From contig JAVBJV010000006.1 of NCBI GenBank assembly GCA_031546815.1, positions 40,328 through 104,327 of the forward strand: 64,000 nucleotides of DNA, read 5' to 3'. The stretch is from Acetobacteraceae bacterium (GTDB lineage: Bacteria > Pseudomonadota > Alphaproteobacteria > Acetobacterales > Acetobacteraceae). Shown piece by piece: positions 18,041-27,734 of the stretch. Position numbers and translations under genes: made by a program. Below the pieces are notes generated by a model that did no database searches, was not told the DNA's origin, and saw nothing but the letters and a program-made list of their open reading frames with translations. Position 1 is the first letter of the stretch, and every line of letters starts with the position of its first letter.

Positions 18041-18660
18041 AAATCAGGCTGCCGGAAGCTCTTCGTCTTCATCGGGCCTGGCAATGTCCAGCCCAGTACC
18101 GCCGCGAACAGCGCCTGACACGTGAGATGGAAATACAGCAGATTGTCGTGGTCGTCCGGCCGCGCCATGAACAGGCCCAGCGTCGCCCCGCCCGCACATG
18201 CTGCACACAGCAACCATCCTGCATTCGGCAACGAGACCAGTCGCTTGTGCTGGCGGACAAGAATGCCGATACCAAACCATGCGGCAAAAGCGCCCCCCAA
18301 GCTCAATGCGATACGGGTAAACAATTTGGCATCAACCACCATACTGGTATCCAGCGCATAGTTGATGGTGGACAGCATCAGCGGCCACGACAGCGATAAC
18401 GGATAGATGTTCTGCGCCACGGTCCACGTGAAAATGAACAGCGCCATCAAATGTGCAAACACCGCCCACAGCACCCAGAAACAGGCCTTGCCCAACGACA
18501 ATCGGCGCAGCGCACACAGTATGACGGCGAAGACCGCACCGAAGATTACGCCGGGTGCCAACATCGTCATCCACGGCGACTGCCCTGCCAGCAGCGTCAC
18601 CGCCCATGCGCAACCCGCACCGATCGCCGCGAATACCAGCCCACGCAGAAACACGGACAT
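18037..18660 (-). CDS. Hypothetical polytopic membrane protein (paralog B)
   Basis: ATG at 18660 (a GTG alternative at 18675), with about 6 hydrophobic segments. Its stop codon overlaps the stop codon of paralog A (cTAa). It starts 45-60 nt downstream of the clpA stop. Confidence 0.6.
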   Translation of the reverse strand: MSVFLRGLVFAAIGAGCAWAVTLLAGQSPWMTMLAPGVIFGAVFAVILCALRRLSLGKACFWVLWAVFAHLMALFIFTWTVAQNIYPLSLSWPLMLSTINYALDTSMVVDAKLFTRIALSLGGAFAAWFGIGILVRQHKRLVSLPNAGWLLCAACAGGATLGLFMARPDDHDNLLYFHLTCQALFAAVLGWTLPGPMKTKSFRQPDF

Positions 18661-18661
18661 C

Positions 18662-18690
18662 AATAAGCCAATCACAATGAATGGCTTATT
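18662..18690. repeat. Perfect 9-bp inverted repeat AATAAGCCA-N11-TGGCTTATT
   Basis: Read directly from the sequence. It lies between the clpA stop (18721) and the ATG at 18660 of membrane paralog B. Confidence 0.6.
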
Positions 18691-18720
18691 CTGCCTCCGC
18701 GCAAAACCGGCAGCAAGTGA

Positions 18721-21042
18721 CTACAGCGTTTCGCTTTCCTTCTCGCTCTCGCCTGCATCGGGTTTGGGCAGCGCTTGCGGCGCGGTTGCCGTGATCTCGA
18801 AATCCAGCGCGCCGTCTTTCAGCGTCACCTTCACCGATCCGCCCTTGGCCAGACGGCCGAACAGCAGTTCCTCGGCCAGCGGCTTCTTTACGTGCTCCTG
18901 AATGACCCGCGCCAGAGGCCGCGCGCCATACAGGCGATCGTACCCTTTCTCGACCAACCATTCCTTGGCGGCCGAGGACAGTTCGATCGTCACGTTGCGG
19001 TCGGCAAGCTGCGCTTCCATCTGCATCACGAATTTCTCGACGACGCGCGCCACCACTTCCGGCGTCAGACCCGCGAACGGGATGATCGCGTCCAGACGGT
19101 TGCGGAATTCGGGCGTGAACATGCGCTTCACCGCATCCTCGTCCTCGCCCACGCGCACTTCGCGTTCGAACCCGATGGCGGGTTTCGCCATGTCGGCCGC
19201 ACCGGCATTGGTGGTCATGATCAGGATCACGTTGCGGAAATCGACCGTCTTGCCGTTGTGGTCGGTCAGCTTGCCATGGTCCATCACCTGCAACAGGATG
19301 TTGAACAGATCCGGATGCGCTTTCTCGATCTCGTCCAGCAGCAGCACGGCGTGCGGATGCTGGTCGATCGCGTCGGTCAGCAAGCCGCCCTGGTCGAACC
19401 CGACATAGCCTGGCGGCGCACCGATCAACCGCGAGACACTGTGCCGTTCCATGTATTCCGACATGTCGAAGCGGATCAGCTCGATCCCCAGCACGCGCGA
19501 CAACTGGCGCGCCACTTCGGTCTTGCCGACGCCGGTCGGGCCGGTGAACAGGTAATTGCCGATCGGTTTTTCCTGATCGCGCAGCCCGGCGCGCGCCAGC
19601 TTGATCGCCGTTGCCAGCGCGGCGACGGCGTTGTCCTGCCCGAACACCATGGCGCGCACATCGCGTTCCAGAGTGCGCAGAACTTCCTTGTCGTCGCTCG
19701 ACACCGTCTTGGCGGGAATGCGCGCGATCTTGGCGATGATGTCTTCCACATCACGCAGCGTCACCGTCTTGCGGCGCTTGCTTTCGGGCAGCAACATGCG
19801 CGAGGCACCCACTTCGTCGATCACGTCGATCGCCTTGTCGGGCAGCTTGCGGTCGTGGATATACTTGGCCGACAGCTCCACCGCACCGCGGATCGCGTCG
19901 GGCAGATAGCGGACCTTGTGGTGCTTTTCGTAGTTGGTCTTCAGCCCCATCAGGATCTTCACCGTATCTTCCACGGTGGGTTCGTTCACGTCGATCTTCT
20001 GGAAGCGCCGCACCAGCGCGCGGTCCTTTTCGAAGTGACTGCGATATTCCTTGTAGGTGGTGCTGCCCATGCAGCGCAGCGTGCCCTGTGCCAATGCGGG
20101 CTTCAGCAGGTTCGACGCATCCATCGCCCCGCCGCTGGTTGCGCCCGCGCCGATCACCGTGTGGATCTCGTCGATGAACAGGATCGCGCCGGGCTGGTTT
20201 TCAAGCTCGGTCACCACGGCCTTCAGCCGTTCCTCGAAGTCACCGCGATAGCGTGTGCCGGCCAGCAACGCCCCCATATCGAGCGAGAAGATCGTGTTGT
20301 TCAGCAGCACTTCCGGCACATCGTTCTCGACGATGCGCTTGGCCAGACCTTCCGCAATGGCGGTCTTGCCGACGCCCGGATCGCCCACGAACAGCGGATT
20401 GTTCTTGGTGCGGCGGCAGAGGATCTGGATCGTACGCTCGATTTCCTGATCGCGCCCGATTAGCGGATCGATGCGGCCCTGCTGCGCCTTTTTGTTCAGG
20501 TTGACGCAGTAATTGTCCAACGCCCCCTGCCCGCGCTTGGCGGATGGGCGTTCTTCACGTGTCTCGCCATCGGTGTTGGTGCCGACCGGACGCGGGGCCG
20601 ACAGGCCAGGTGCCTTGGCAATACCGTGGCTGATGAAGTTGACGGCATCCAGCCGCGTCATGTCCTGCGTCTGCAGGAAGTATACGGCATGGCTTTCACG
20701 TTCGCTGAACAGCGCCACCAGCACATTCGCGCCGGTTACCTCCTCGCGCCCCGAAGACTGAACATGAATGGCCGCACGCTGCACCACGCGCTGGAACCCA
20801 GCCGTGGGCTTGGGTTCTGCCGTGCGATCGGTGATCAGCCCGGCCATGTCGCGGTCGAGAAATTCCGTCACATCGCCACGCAGACGGTCTACGTCGACGC
20901 CGCATGCACGAAACACCGTCATCGCGTCGGCGTCTTCCGTCAGCGCCAGCAGCAGATGCTCGAGCGTTGCATATTCGTGTCGCCGCTCGCCCGCCAAAGA
21001 CAGCGCGCGATGCAGGGTCTGTTCGAGGTTACGTGACAGCAT
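18721..21042 (-). CDS. clpA: ATP-dependent Clp protease ATP-binding subunit ClpA
   Basis: 773 aa. Clp N-domain, two AAA+ modules ([15 protein letters not shown]; [15 protein letters not shown]) and typical ClpA length. Confidence 0.97.
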   Translation of the reverse strand: MLSRNLEQTLHRALSLAGERRHEYATLEHLLLALTEDADAMTVFRACGVDVDRLRGDVTEFLDRDMAGLITDRTAEPKPTAGFQRVVQRAAIHVQSSGREEVTGANVLVALFSERESHAVYFLQTQDMTRLDAVNFISHGIAKAPGLSAPRPVGTNTDGETREERPSAKRGQGALDNYCVNLNKKAQQGRIDPLIGRDQEIERTIQILCRRTKNNPLFVGDPGVGKTAIAEGLAKRIVENDVPEVLLNNTIFSLDMGALLAGTRYRGDFEERLKAVVTELENQPGAILFIDEIHTVIGAGATSGGAMDASNLLKPALAQGTLRCMGSTTYKEYRSHFEKDRALVRRFQKIDVNEPTVEDTVKILMGLKTNYEKHHKVRYLPDAIRGAVELSAKYIHDRKLPDKAIDVIDEVGASRMLLPESKRRKTVTLRDVEDIIAKIARIPAKTVSSDDKEVLRTLERDVRAMVFGQDNAVAALATAIKLARAGLRDQEKPIGNYLFTGPTGVGKTEVARQLSRVLGIELIRFDMSEYMERHSVSRLIGAPPGYVGFDQGGLLTDAIDQHPHAVLLLDEIEKAHPDLFNILLQVMDHGKLTDHNGKTVDFRNVILIMTTNAGAADMAKPAIGFEREVRVGEDEDAVKRMFTPEFRNRLDAIIPFAGLTPEVVARVVEKFVMQMEAQLADRNVTIELSSAAKEWLVEKGYDRLYGARPLARVIQEHVKKPLAEELLFGRLAKGGSVKVTLKDGALDFEITATAPQALPKPDAGESEKESETL

Positions 21043-21252
21043 GGGGTGCTGAAACTCCTGTGCCTGTGCAGTCCAGAACCGGTTGTTGCTCGTTATCGGT
21101 ACAATTCTGGCAGCATGCGTGTTCTGCGTCAGTATTTTTGTCTGCGCGCGCGGATTTCAACCCACACACTGGCCGGCACGCCCTTTTATTCACTACGCTG
21201 GTCTGTCCAGCGCCACACTATGCCAACTGAAAATTGATTCGCGGTAAAGGGA

Positions 21253-21600
21253 TTATTCTTTTTCGATCGTGCATTGCAGCGGGTGCTGGTTCTGATGTGC
21301 CAGATCCATCACCTGCGTCACCTTGGTCTCGGCCACTTCATATGTGTAAACGCCGCACACAGCGACGCCGCGTCGATGCACATGCAACATGATGCGCGTC
21401 GCCTCTTCGCGGTTCTTCTGGAAAAACCGTTCCAGAACATGGACGACAAACTCCATCGGCGTGTAGTCGTCGTTCAGCATCAGCACTTTGTACATGGCGG
21501 GTTTCTTGGTCCGCGGACGCGTTTTGACAGCCACTTTCGTGCCTGTGTCGCCCACGTCGCCATCGTCGCCGATACTGCTTCCTGTTTGTCCTGTAATCAT
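21253..21600 (-). CDS. clpS: ATP-dependent Clp protease adaptor ClpS
   Basis: Core [24 protein letters not shown]...A..IML.VH..G.AVCG.Y..E.AE.K. The ATG at 21600 gives family-typical length. The longer track ORF would run into the phasin terminator. Confidence 0.9.
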   Translation of the reverse strand: MITGQTGSSIGDDGDVGDTGTKVAVKTRPRTKKPAMYKVLMLNDDYTPMEFVVHVLERFFQKNREEATRIMLHVHRRGVAVCGVYTYEVAETKVTQVMDLAHQNQHPLQCTIEKE

Positions 21601-21673
21601 CCTGCCGACCTGATCTTCCGCGCCAGCATATCGGAACCTACCGGCATTGGGGAAGTCTCTGGAACTTCGCAAG

Positions 21674-21706
21674 AAAAAAAGCCCCGCGCATTGCTGCGCA
21701 GGGCTT
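21674..21706 (-). terminator. Rho-independent terminator downstream of the phasin gene
   Basis: The minus strand reads AAGCCCTGCGCAGCAATGCGCGGGGCTTTTTTT (GC stem plus T7). Confidence 0.75.
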
Positions 21707-21759
21707 AAAACAACGTCGCCTCAAGGGGGGGGAGAAAGACGACGTTGCTATTCTTTGGC

Positions 21760-22245
21760 TCAGGCGCGGAAAGTGTTGGCCTTTTCCACCGCCATCTGAA
21801 CGCGCGCGGTGATCGGGGCCGCAGCTTCTTCCGCCAGGCGGTAGAAATCGGTCGAGATCTTCTGCGTGCCGGCAACGGTCTTATCCAGGGCGGCCTTGGC
21901 AAAATTCGCCTGCAGGTCGCCAGCTTCCTTGACCGACTTCACCGAGGCCAGCGCCTTGACGTTCGCCATACCTTCTTCGGCCGAGGCCTGAACCGTGGAC
22001 AGCATCTGGCGCGACAGTTCCTGCAGGCCCGTGGCCCAGATCTGCGCTGCCTTGACGACCGCTTCCAGGTTACCCTGGCTGAATGTCACCAGTTCTTCCG
22101 CGCTCTTCATGCCCTTGTTGAGGTTTTCCTGCGCGCTGGCCTGAGCCTGGGCGAAGCCCTTCTGTGCGTTGGCGAAACCTTCTTCCGCGATCGTCTTGAT
22201 CTGGGCGGTAGCGGCGTCGGCGATCTTGCTGGTTTTTACGGTCAT
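21760..22245 (-). CDS. Phasin-family (PHA granule-associated) protein
   Basis: 161 aa. Ala/Gln/Lys-rich helical protein with a phasin-like pattern (…FSQGNLEAVVKAAQIWATGLQELSRQ…). Confidence 0.8.
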   Translation of the reverse strand: MTVKTSKIADAATAQIKTIAEEGFANAQKGFAQAQASAQENLNKGMKSAEELVTFSQGNLEAVVKAAQIWATGLQELSRQMLSTVQASAEEGMANVKALASVKSVKEAGDLQANFAKAALDKTVAGTQKISTDFYRLAEEAAAPITARVQMAVEKANTFRA

Positions 22246-22518
22246 GGTCGTGATGTCCTGTCTGGGCCTGTTATGAAGCGGTCTGAGGTGTCGCTATTCG
22301 TTTGCTGCGGTGCAGCACAAACCCTATTTAGGGAAGCCCTCTCCCATGGTCAAGGAAAAATGGTGCGCTGCAGCAAAAAAATATTGTGGCCGCCTGCCCT
22401 TTGAATCAGAACCACTTTTAACCCCTTGAATTAAAAAAATTTCCTCGACAACAGTTCGGAGGGTGGAATATCCTTGGGCCTTAATTGAATTCCTCGAATC
22501 CGACCGGGACACATACCG

Positions 22519-23784
22519 ATGCATATAATGCCGCGCTCGACTGCACGATTCCTGCGCCTGCTGGCCCTTCTGGCCTGCTCGCTGGCCGGGTTTGTGCCGT
22601 TGACGTCGGCTTTCGCACAGGTTGGGTCCAGCCGGTATTCGTCGATCGTCATCGATGGGCGCAGCGGGACGGTCCTTTCCGCCGCCAGCCCGGACGAACT
22701 GCGCCACCCGGCCAGTCTGACCAAGATGATGACGCTTTACATGACGTTCGAAGCCCTGCGCGAAGGCCGGATCTCGGCCGGGCAGAGCATTCCCGTCTCG
22801 GCACGCGCCGCTGCGATGCCCCCCTCGAAGCTGGGGCTGGTGGCGGGTTCGCGCATCACTGTCGAACAGGCCATTCTGGCGCTGATCACCAAGTCCGCCA
22901 ACGATGTTGCCTCGGCGCTGGGGGAACTTCTGGGCGGCAACGAAGAACGCTTCGGCCAGATGATGACGCTGCGCGCGCGCGCGCTTGGCATGTCGAACAC
23001 CACGTTCCGCAACGCATCCGGCCTGCCCAACTGGGAACAGGTGACGACCGCGCGCGACATGGCGCGGCTGGGGCAGCGGCTGGTTACCGATTTTCCGCAT
23101 GAATACCGGCTGTTCTCGGTGCAGAGATTCCAGTTCGGCCGGCGCGTCATCCAGAACCACAACCGCATCCTGACCGAATACGACGGGGCCGACGGAATCA
23201 AGACCGGCTACATTCAGGACTCGGGCTTCAATCTGGTCGCTAGCGCGGTGCGTTCCAACGTGCGCCTGATCGGCGTGGTGCTGGGCGGGGCCAGCCCGGT
23301 CGAACGCAACACGCATATGATGGCGTTGCTGGACCGTGGCTTCCGGCAGTCGGGCGTGCCTACCAACGGGTACGATACACCGGCACCGCGTATGCCGACC
23401 TTCGTGTCCTCGGCACAGGCCGCACCGGCACGCCCGACAGCGGTTGTGCGCCAGACGACATCGCGGACACGCCAGGTCGCAGCACGCGCTCCCGTTTCTC
23501 GGCAGGCCGCGGCCCGCACACCGGCGGCACCGTCGCGCGTTGCAGCGGCATCGCGCTGGGTGGTGCAGGTTGGCGCATTCCCCACCGCCGCCGCCGCACG
23601 CCAGGCAGCACAAACAGCCGCGCGCCGTATGGGCGAACCCGCCAGCGCCGTTCGTATCCAGGAAGTCCGTGTGCGGAATGTGCGCCACTATCGCGCGCAG
23701 ATCGTCGGGCTGACCCAGGTCGAGGCCACACGCGCCTGCGGCCGCCAAAGCCGCCATCAATGCTCGGTTGTCGGACCGACCTGA
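22519..23784 (+). CDS. D-alanyl-D-alanine carboxypeptidase (S11, PBP5/6-like) with C-terminal SPOR domain
   Basis: Signal peptide, SxxK (ASLTKMMT), SGN-like (NASGL) and KTG (IKTGY) motifs. A Pro/Ala-rich linker is followed by a SPOR-like tail (RWVVQVGAFPTAAAARQAA...). Confidence 0.85.
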   Translation: MHIMPRSTARFLRLLALLACSLAGFVPLTSAFAQVGSSRYSSIVIDGRSGTVLSAASPDELRHPASLTKMMTLYMTFEALREGRISAGQSIPVSARAAAMPPSKLGLVAGSRITVEQAILALITKSANDVASALGELLGGNEERFGQMMTLRARALGMSNTTFRNASGLPNWEQVTTARDMARLGQRLVTDFPHEYRLFSVQRFQFGRRVIQNHNRILTEYDGADGIKTGYIQDSGFNLVASAVRSNVRLIGVVLGGASPVERNTHMMALLDRGFRQSGVPTNGYDTPAPRMPTFVSSAQAAPARPTAVVRQTTSRTRQVAARAPVSRQAAARTPAAPSRVAAASRWVVQVGAFPTAAAARQAAQTAARRMGEPASAVRIQEVRVRNVRHYRAQIVGLTQVEATRACGRQSRHQCSVVGPT

Positions 23785-23798
23785 AGCCTGCAGAATAC

Positions 23799-24794
23799 GT
23801 GGTGCATCGGCGGTTATTATTTCCGGCGGGGAAAGTCTCTGCTGCCGGTCTGATCGTATTACTGGTGACTGCACCGGTTGCGGCACAGACAACCGACGAT
23901 CATCCCCGGGTTCACCTGTCCGGTCAGCGCGTGCGCACCGTGGCGAATGGCGTTCTGGGGCTGATGGCGTATTCAATCGTCCCGGATAACACCGCGAACT
24001 CCATCACCATGACCACCGGAGAGGATCAAACCACGTCCCTCACCATGGGGCAGATCGGCGCCGGTTTTACGGTCAGTGATTCTGTGCCGCTGTATCTGGA
24101 AGGATTCATCGGGTATTCGCGCTACGACCCGAAATTCATCTTCTCGGACGGGCAGGAAACGCGGCTGCTGCCAACCCGCTGGAACACCGTGACCGCCACG
24201 GTCGGCGTGGGTTGGGACTTTAAACTGACCGACGAGTTAACGCTGCGGCCAATCGTCAATCTCAGCTACGGGCATATGGAAACCGATGCGTCGCTGGGTG
24301 GGCGGCTGCTCAATTACCTCACCGATCACGAGATCCAGTTCCTCAGCCGCGGCCGCATGAATGTGGCGGGAATCGGCGGGGCGATGGTGCTGGGCTATGC
24401 CCTGCACAAACCGGCTTACGAAATTGATGTTGAACTCCGCTACAGCCAGTTCCACATGGAATCCCTGCCCGGCACATCGCGCGCAGTCATGGGCGTGGCC
24501 GATCCGATCACGCTGGGATTATGGAGCCGCTTGCGCATCCCCACCGGCCTCGAGATGTTCGGCGAACCGCTGCGTTATGTGTTCGAGGTTTCGCACTCCC
24601 AGTTCTACGGCAGCCAGACCGACGCACTTGGCTTCGACAGCCTGACCAAACTGGGTGGCGGTCTGGAAGTCGATGTCGGCAAGTACGAGATCGGCGCGCT
24701 GGGCCTATATGTCACGCGCGTGCGGCTGCTGGGCCGTTATGTGTTCGGCCCCAATGTCAGCGGGTTTTCGATGGGGCTGGGGATCAGCTTCTGA
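23799..24794 (+). CDS. Outer-membrane beta-barrel protein (solitary autotransporter-beta-like)
   Basis: Alternating beta-strand pattern with a terminal ...GFSMGLGISF (C-terminal Phe OMP signature). Leader ...AAGLIVLLVTAPVAAQ. GTG at 23799/23802 avoids overlap with the upstream gene; the track ATG at 23760 is an alternative. Confidence 0.65.
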   Translation: MVHRRLLFPAGKVSAAGLIVLLVTAPVAAQTTDDHPRVHLSGQRVRTVANGVLGLMAYSIVPDNTANSITMTTGEDQTTSLTMGQIGAGFTVSDSVPLYLEGFIGYSRYDPKFIFSDGQETRLLPTRWNTVTATVGVGWDFKLTDELTLRPIVNLSYGHMETDASLGGRLLNYLTDHEIQFLSRGRMNVAGIGGAMVLGYALHKPAYEIDVELRYSQFHMESLPGTSRAVMGVADPITLGLWSRLRIPTGLEMFGEPLRYVFEVSHSQFYGSQTDALGFDSLTKLGGGLEVDVGKYEIGALGLYVTRVRLLGRYVFGPNVSGFSMGLGISF

Positions 24795-24801
24795 GTCCCG
24801 C

Positions 24802-25371
24802 TCAGCTGCCTTCAATACCGAAAACCTGTTCCATAAACTCCCACGTATCGTCCATCGCGTAGGCGTTCGACAGATACGGAATCGCGATATGGCCATATAT
24901 GGGCGAGAGCGCCCATTCAGCGGTTTCCTCGTCCACACCAGCCAGCTGGTTCAGATACATAACGACCGCCAGACCGGTCCGGTCGGCACCTGCGTTGCAA
25001 TGGATCAGCAGCGGCTTTGGCGCATCCTGCATTATGGTGAGCAACGTCATCGCCTGTTCCCCCGTCAGGGCATGACGCGCCGACATCGGGAAGTCCAGCA
25101 ACGTGACGCCCAGTGCCTGAGTTGTGGCAACCTCGTCCTGGTACCAGCGCGCCTGCGTGTTCGCACCGCGCAGGTTCAGCACCGTGCGGATACCATTTTC
25201 CTGCACATAACGCGTCAGCTGCGCATTACTTGGCTGCGCGGACCGATACAGTTCCCCGGCAATCACTGTATGGAAATTCCCGGAAAGCCGCACCGCGCCC
25301 AGATACAGCCCAGCCGCTGCCAGCACCGCCACGGGCACCAGCAGCCACTTCCGCCATTTTTTACTCACCAT
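24802..25371 (-). CDS. Membrane-anchored Cys-based (CX5R) protein tyrosine/dual-specificity phosphatase family protein
   Basis: N-terminal TM (WLLVPVAVLAAAGLYLGAV) and P-loop HCNAGADRTG. The ATG at 25371 overlaps the lutC 3' end by 11 nt. Confidence 0.8.
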   Translation of the reverse strand: MVSKKWRKWLLVPVAVLAAAGLYLGAVRLSGNFHTVIAGELYRSAQPSNAQLTRYVQENGIRTVLNLRGANTQARWYQDEVATTQALGVTLLDFPMSARHALTGEQAMTLLTIMQDAPKPLLIHCNAGADRTGLAVVMYLNQLAGVDEETAEWALSPIYGHIAIPYLSNAYAMDDTWEFMEQVFGIEGS

Positions 25372-26047
25372 CGACCAACACTACATGCAAACGGCGCGGA
25401 CCATGCGCGCCGAGTTCCAGCGTGCTCTCGATATCGGCCGAGCGCGACGGGCCCGTCACCAGCATCACGTTGCGCGGCATGAAGCCGCCACCGGGCTGCG
25501 GCGTTGTGCTGGTGCGCAGAACGTCCCACGCTTCCTCATACGCGCCCACCAGAGTGCTGGCGCGCAGCACCACGACCGAGGTTTCGGTCAGCACGTTCAG
25601 CGTCGTCGGCGTGTCGTGGCCGGATGGCAGCATCAGCGTGCCGGTTTCCGCAATGCCCGCGAACGCACAGGTCAGCGCGACCTGATCGCTGGGCTGTGCG
25701 CGCCCCTCGCGCTTCTGCAGCAAGGGATGTGCCGCCCAGTCCAGATCGCGCAGATACGGATGCGTCGCCACAGCGAATTCGGCGGGCAGGTTCTGCTGCG
25801 CCAGGTAAGTCGCTACGGCATCCAGCACCTGAGATGCATCGTTCACGCGCGTGACGGTGCCGAATTCGCGCTCCACATTGGCAACGAACAGCGCGACCTG
25901 TTCATCGTGCGACACACGCGACCGCGCGGGGATCAGATGACGCGGATGCGCCTCCATCCGCCCCAGCAGCATTGCCTGCTGATCAGCAGGCAGAGGACCG
26001 CGGCGCAGGCCACGCCGGATATTGTTCAGAATGGCTTCACGCGACAT
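25361..26047 (-). CDS. lutC: Lactate utilization protein C (LUD domain)
   Basis: 228 aa. LutC/YkgG-like. It is the third gene of a lutA-lutB-lutC arrangement. Confidence 0.85.
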   Translation of the reverse strand: MSREAILNNIRRGLRRGPLPADQQAMLLGRMEAHPRHLIPARSRVSHDEQVALFVANVEREFGTVTRVNDASQVLDAVATYLAQQNLPAEFAVATHPYLRDLDWAAHPLLQKREGRAQPSDQVALTCAFAGIAETGTLMLPSGHDTPTTLNVLTETSVVVLRASTLVGAYEEAWDVLRTSTTPQPGGGFMPRNVMLVTGPSRSADIESTLELGAHGPRRLHVVLVDGE

Positions 26048-26050
26048 GGT

Positions 26051-27478
26051 TCAGACCTTCCCCGTCCGCTGTTCGCGCGCATAGCGCGTAAAGAATGTCT
26101 CGCCCTCGGGCGCGGGCAGATCGCGCCCTGCCGTCCAGCCACCCGCAAAGGGCAGCGTGGCAAAGCGGCCCTTCTTGCGGCCATACCAGCCCAGCATCCG
26201 CATCGCCCATTTCGACGCCAGTCGATACATGCCGGGGCGCTTGGCGAACCACGCCCACAGATTCAGGTTTCGCCGCTGCACATCGGGCGTCAAATGCCGT
26301 TCGAACTCGCGTTCGCGCCAATGGCGCATCAGCTTCGGCAGCGGGATCTTCACCGGACAGACGCTCTCGCACTTGCCGCAGAACGTCGAGGCATTTGGCA
26401 GATGCCCGGCCTGATCAACCCCAATCAACGCGGGCGTCAGCACACTGCCCATCGGCCCCGGATACACCCAGCCATACGCATGCCCACCCACCGTCGCGTA
26501 GACCGGGCAGTGGTTCATACACGCCGCACAGCGAATGCAACGCAGCATGTCCTGAAAATCGCTGCCCACCATCGACGAGCGGCCATTGTCGAGCAGCACG
26601 ACATGGTATTCTTCCGGCCCGTCCAGATCCTCTGCCCGGCGCGCGCCGGTCGAGAACGTGGTGTAGACGGAAAAGTCCTGCCCCGTCGCACTGCGCGCCA
26701 GCAGACGCAGCAGCGATGTCGCGTCTTCCAGCGTCGGCACTGCCTTTTCAATCGAGGCAAGCACGATGTGCACACGCGGCAGGGTCTGCGTCAGGTCGCC
26801 ATTGCCTTCGTTGGTGACGATCACGCTGCTGCCTGTTTCGGCGATCAGGAAGTTGGCACCGGTGATGCCGACATCCGCCGCGATGAACCGCTCACGCAGC
26901 TTGCCGCGCGCTTCCGCCAGCAGGTCGCGCCGTTCCGCGAACACGCGGTTGGGGTCCAGGTCGGTATGGCATTTGCGGAAGCTTTCTTCCCAGTCTTCCA
27001 GATTGAGATGAAACGCCGGGCCAATGATATGCGACGGCGGTTCGCGCCGCAGCTGCAGGATGTATTCACCCAGATCGGTCTCGACCGGGGTGATGTTGTG
27101 TTCTTCCAGAAAATCGTTGATCCCGAGTTCTTCCGAGATCATCGACTTGCCCTTGGTCACCGTGCGGGCGTTGGCCTGCTTGCAGATCTTCAGCACGGCC
27201 GCGCGCGCATCGTCGGCGCTGCTGCACCAGTGCACGTGCCCGCCCGCTTTCTCGACATTGGCGGCATAGGTTTCCAGATAGAAATCCAGATGCGCCAGCG
27301 TGTGGTTCTTGATGTCGCGCCCGATGTCGCGCAGCTGTTCGAATTCGGGCAGCTTCGCCACCGCGGCTGCACGCCGCGCAGGCCCGCCCTGTTCCGAGCG
27401 GTGCAACGCGCGTTGCAGTCCCGCATCGGCCATACCCTTGGCCGCATTGGCCTTGAACGCCGGAGATGTTGCGCGCAT
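26051..27478 (-). CDS. lutB: Lactate utilization iron-sulfur protein LutB
   Basis: 475 aa. Two 4Fe-4S motifs (CIRCAACMNHCP; CGKCESVCP) and LutB/YkgF architecture. Confidence 0.9.
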   Translation of the reverse strand: MRATSPAFKANAAKGMADAGLQRALHRSEQGGPARRAAAVAKLPEFEQLRDIGRDIKNHTLAHLDFYLETYAANVEKAGGHVHWCSSADDARAAVLKICKQANARTVTKGKSMISEELGINDFLEEHNITPVETDLGEYILQLRREPPSHIIGPAFHLNLEDWEESFRKCHTDLDPNRVFAERRDLLAEARGKLRERFIAADVGITGANFLIAETGSSVIVTNEGNGDLTQTLPRVHIVLASIEKAVPTLEDATSLLRLLARSATGQDFSVYTTFSTGARRAEDLDGPEEYHVVLLDNGRSSMVGSDFQDMLRCIRCAACMNHCPVYATVGGHAYGWVYPGPMGSVLTPALIGVDQAGHLPNASTFCGKCESVCPVKIPLPKLMRHWREREFERHLTPDVQRRNLNLWAWFAKRPGMYRLASKWAMRMLGWYGRKKGRFATLPFAGGWTAGRDLPAPEGETFFTRYAREQRTGKV

Positions 27479-27497
27479 CGGTGATGCCCCTCAGATT

Positions 27498-27734
27498 TTA
27501 TGCGAAAGCCAGGAGCCAGGATTTGGCGAAGACCAGAAAGCCGACGGCAAACACCACCAGCGCGGCAAACCGCCCCGGCCAGGTGACGGCACCCACGCCC
27601 CACAGCAACCAGATTGCAAAGCCCACCCCGAACACCGCCAGCGCCACATTGTAATGCTGCGAGACCGACGCCCCGAAGAACAGACCCACCAGCCCGGCCA
27701 GAAAGACCGCGCCCCAATCGGAAGATGTCGGCAT
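27498..27734 (-). CDS. Small hydrophobic membrane protein (78 aa) between lutA and lutB
   Basis: The ATG overlaps the lutA stop by 1 nt (TGATG), and the ORF ends 19 nt before lutB. It has 2-3 predicted TM helices (AVFLAGLVGLFFGASV; VALAVFGVGFAIWLLWGVGAV; FAALVVFAVGFLVFA). I recognise no family. Confidence 0.5.
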   Translation of the reverse strand: MPTSSDWGAVFLAGLVGLFFGASVSQHYNVALAVFGVGFAIWLLWGVGAVTWPGRFAALVVFAVGFLVFAKSWLLAFA

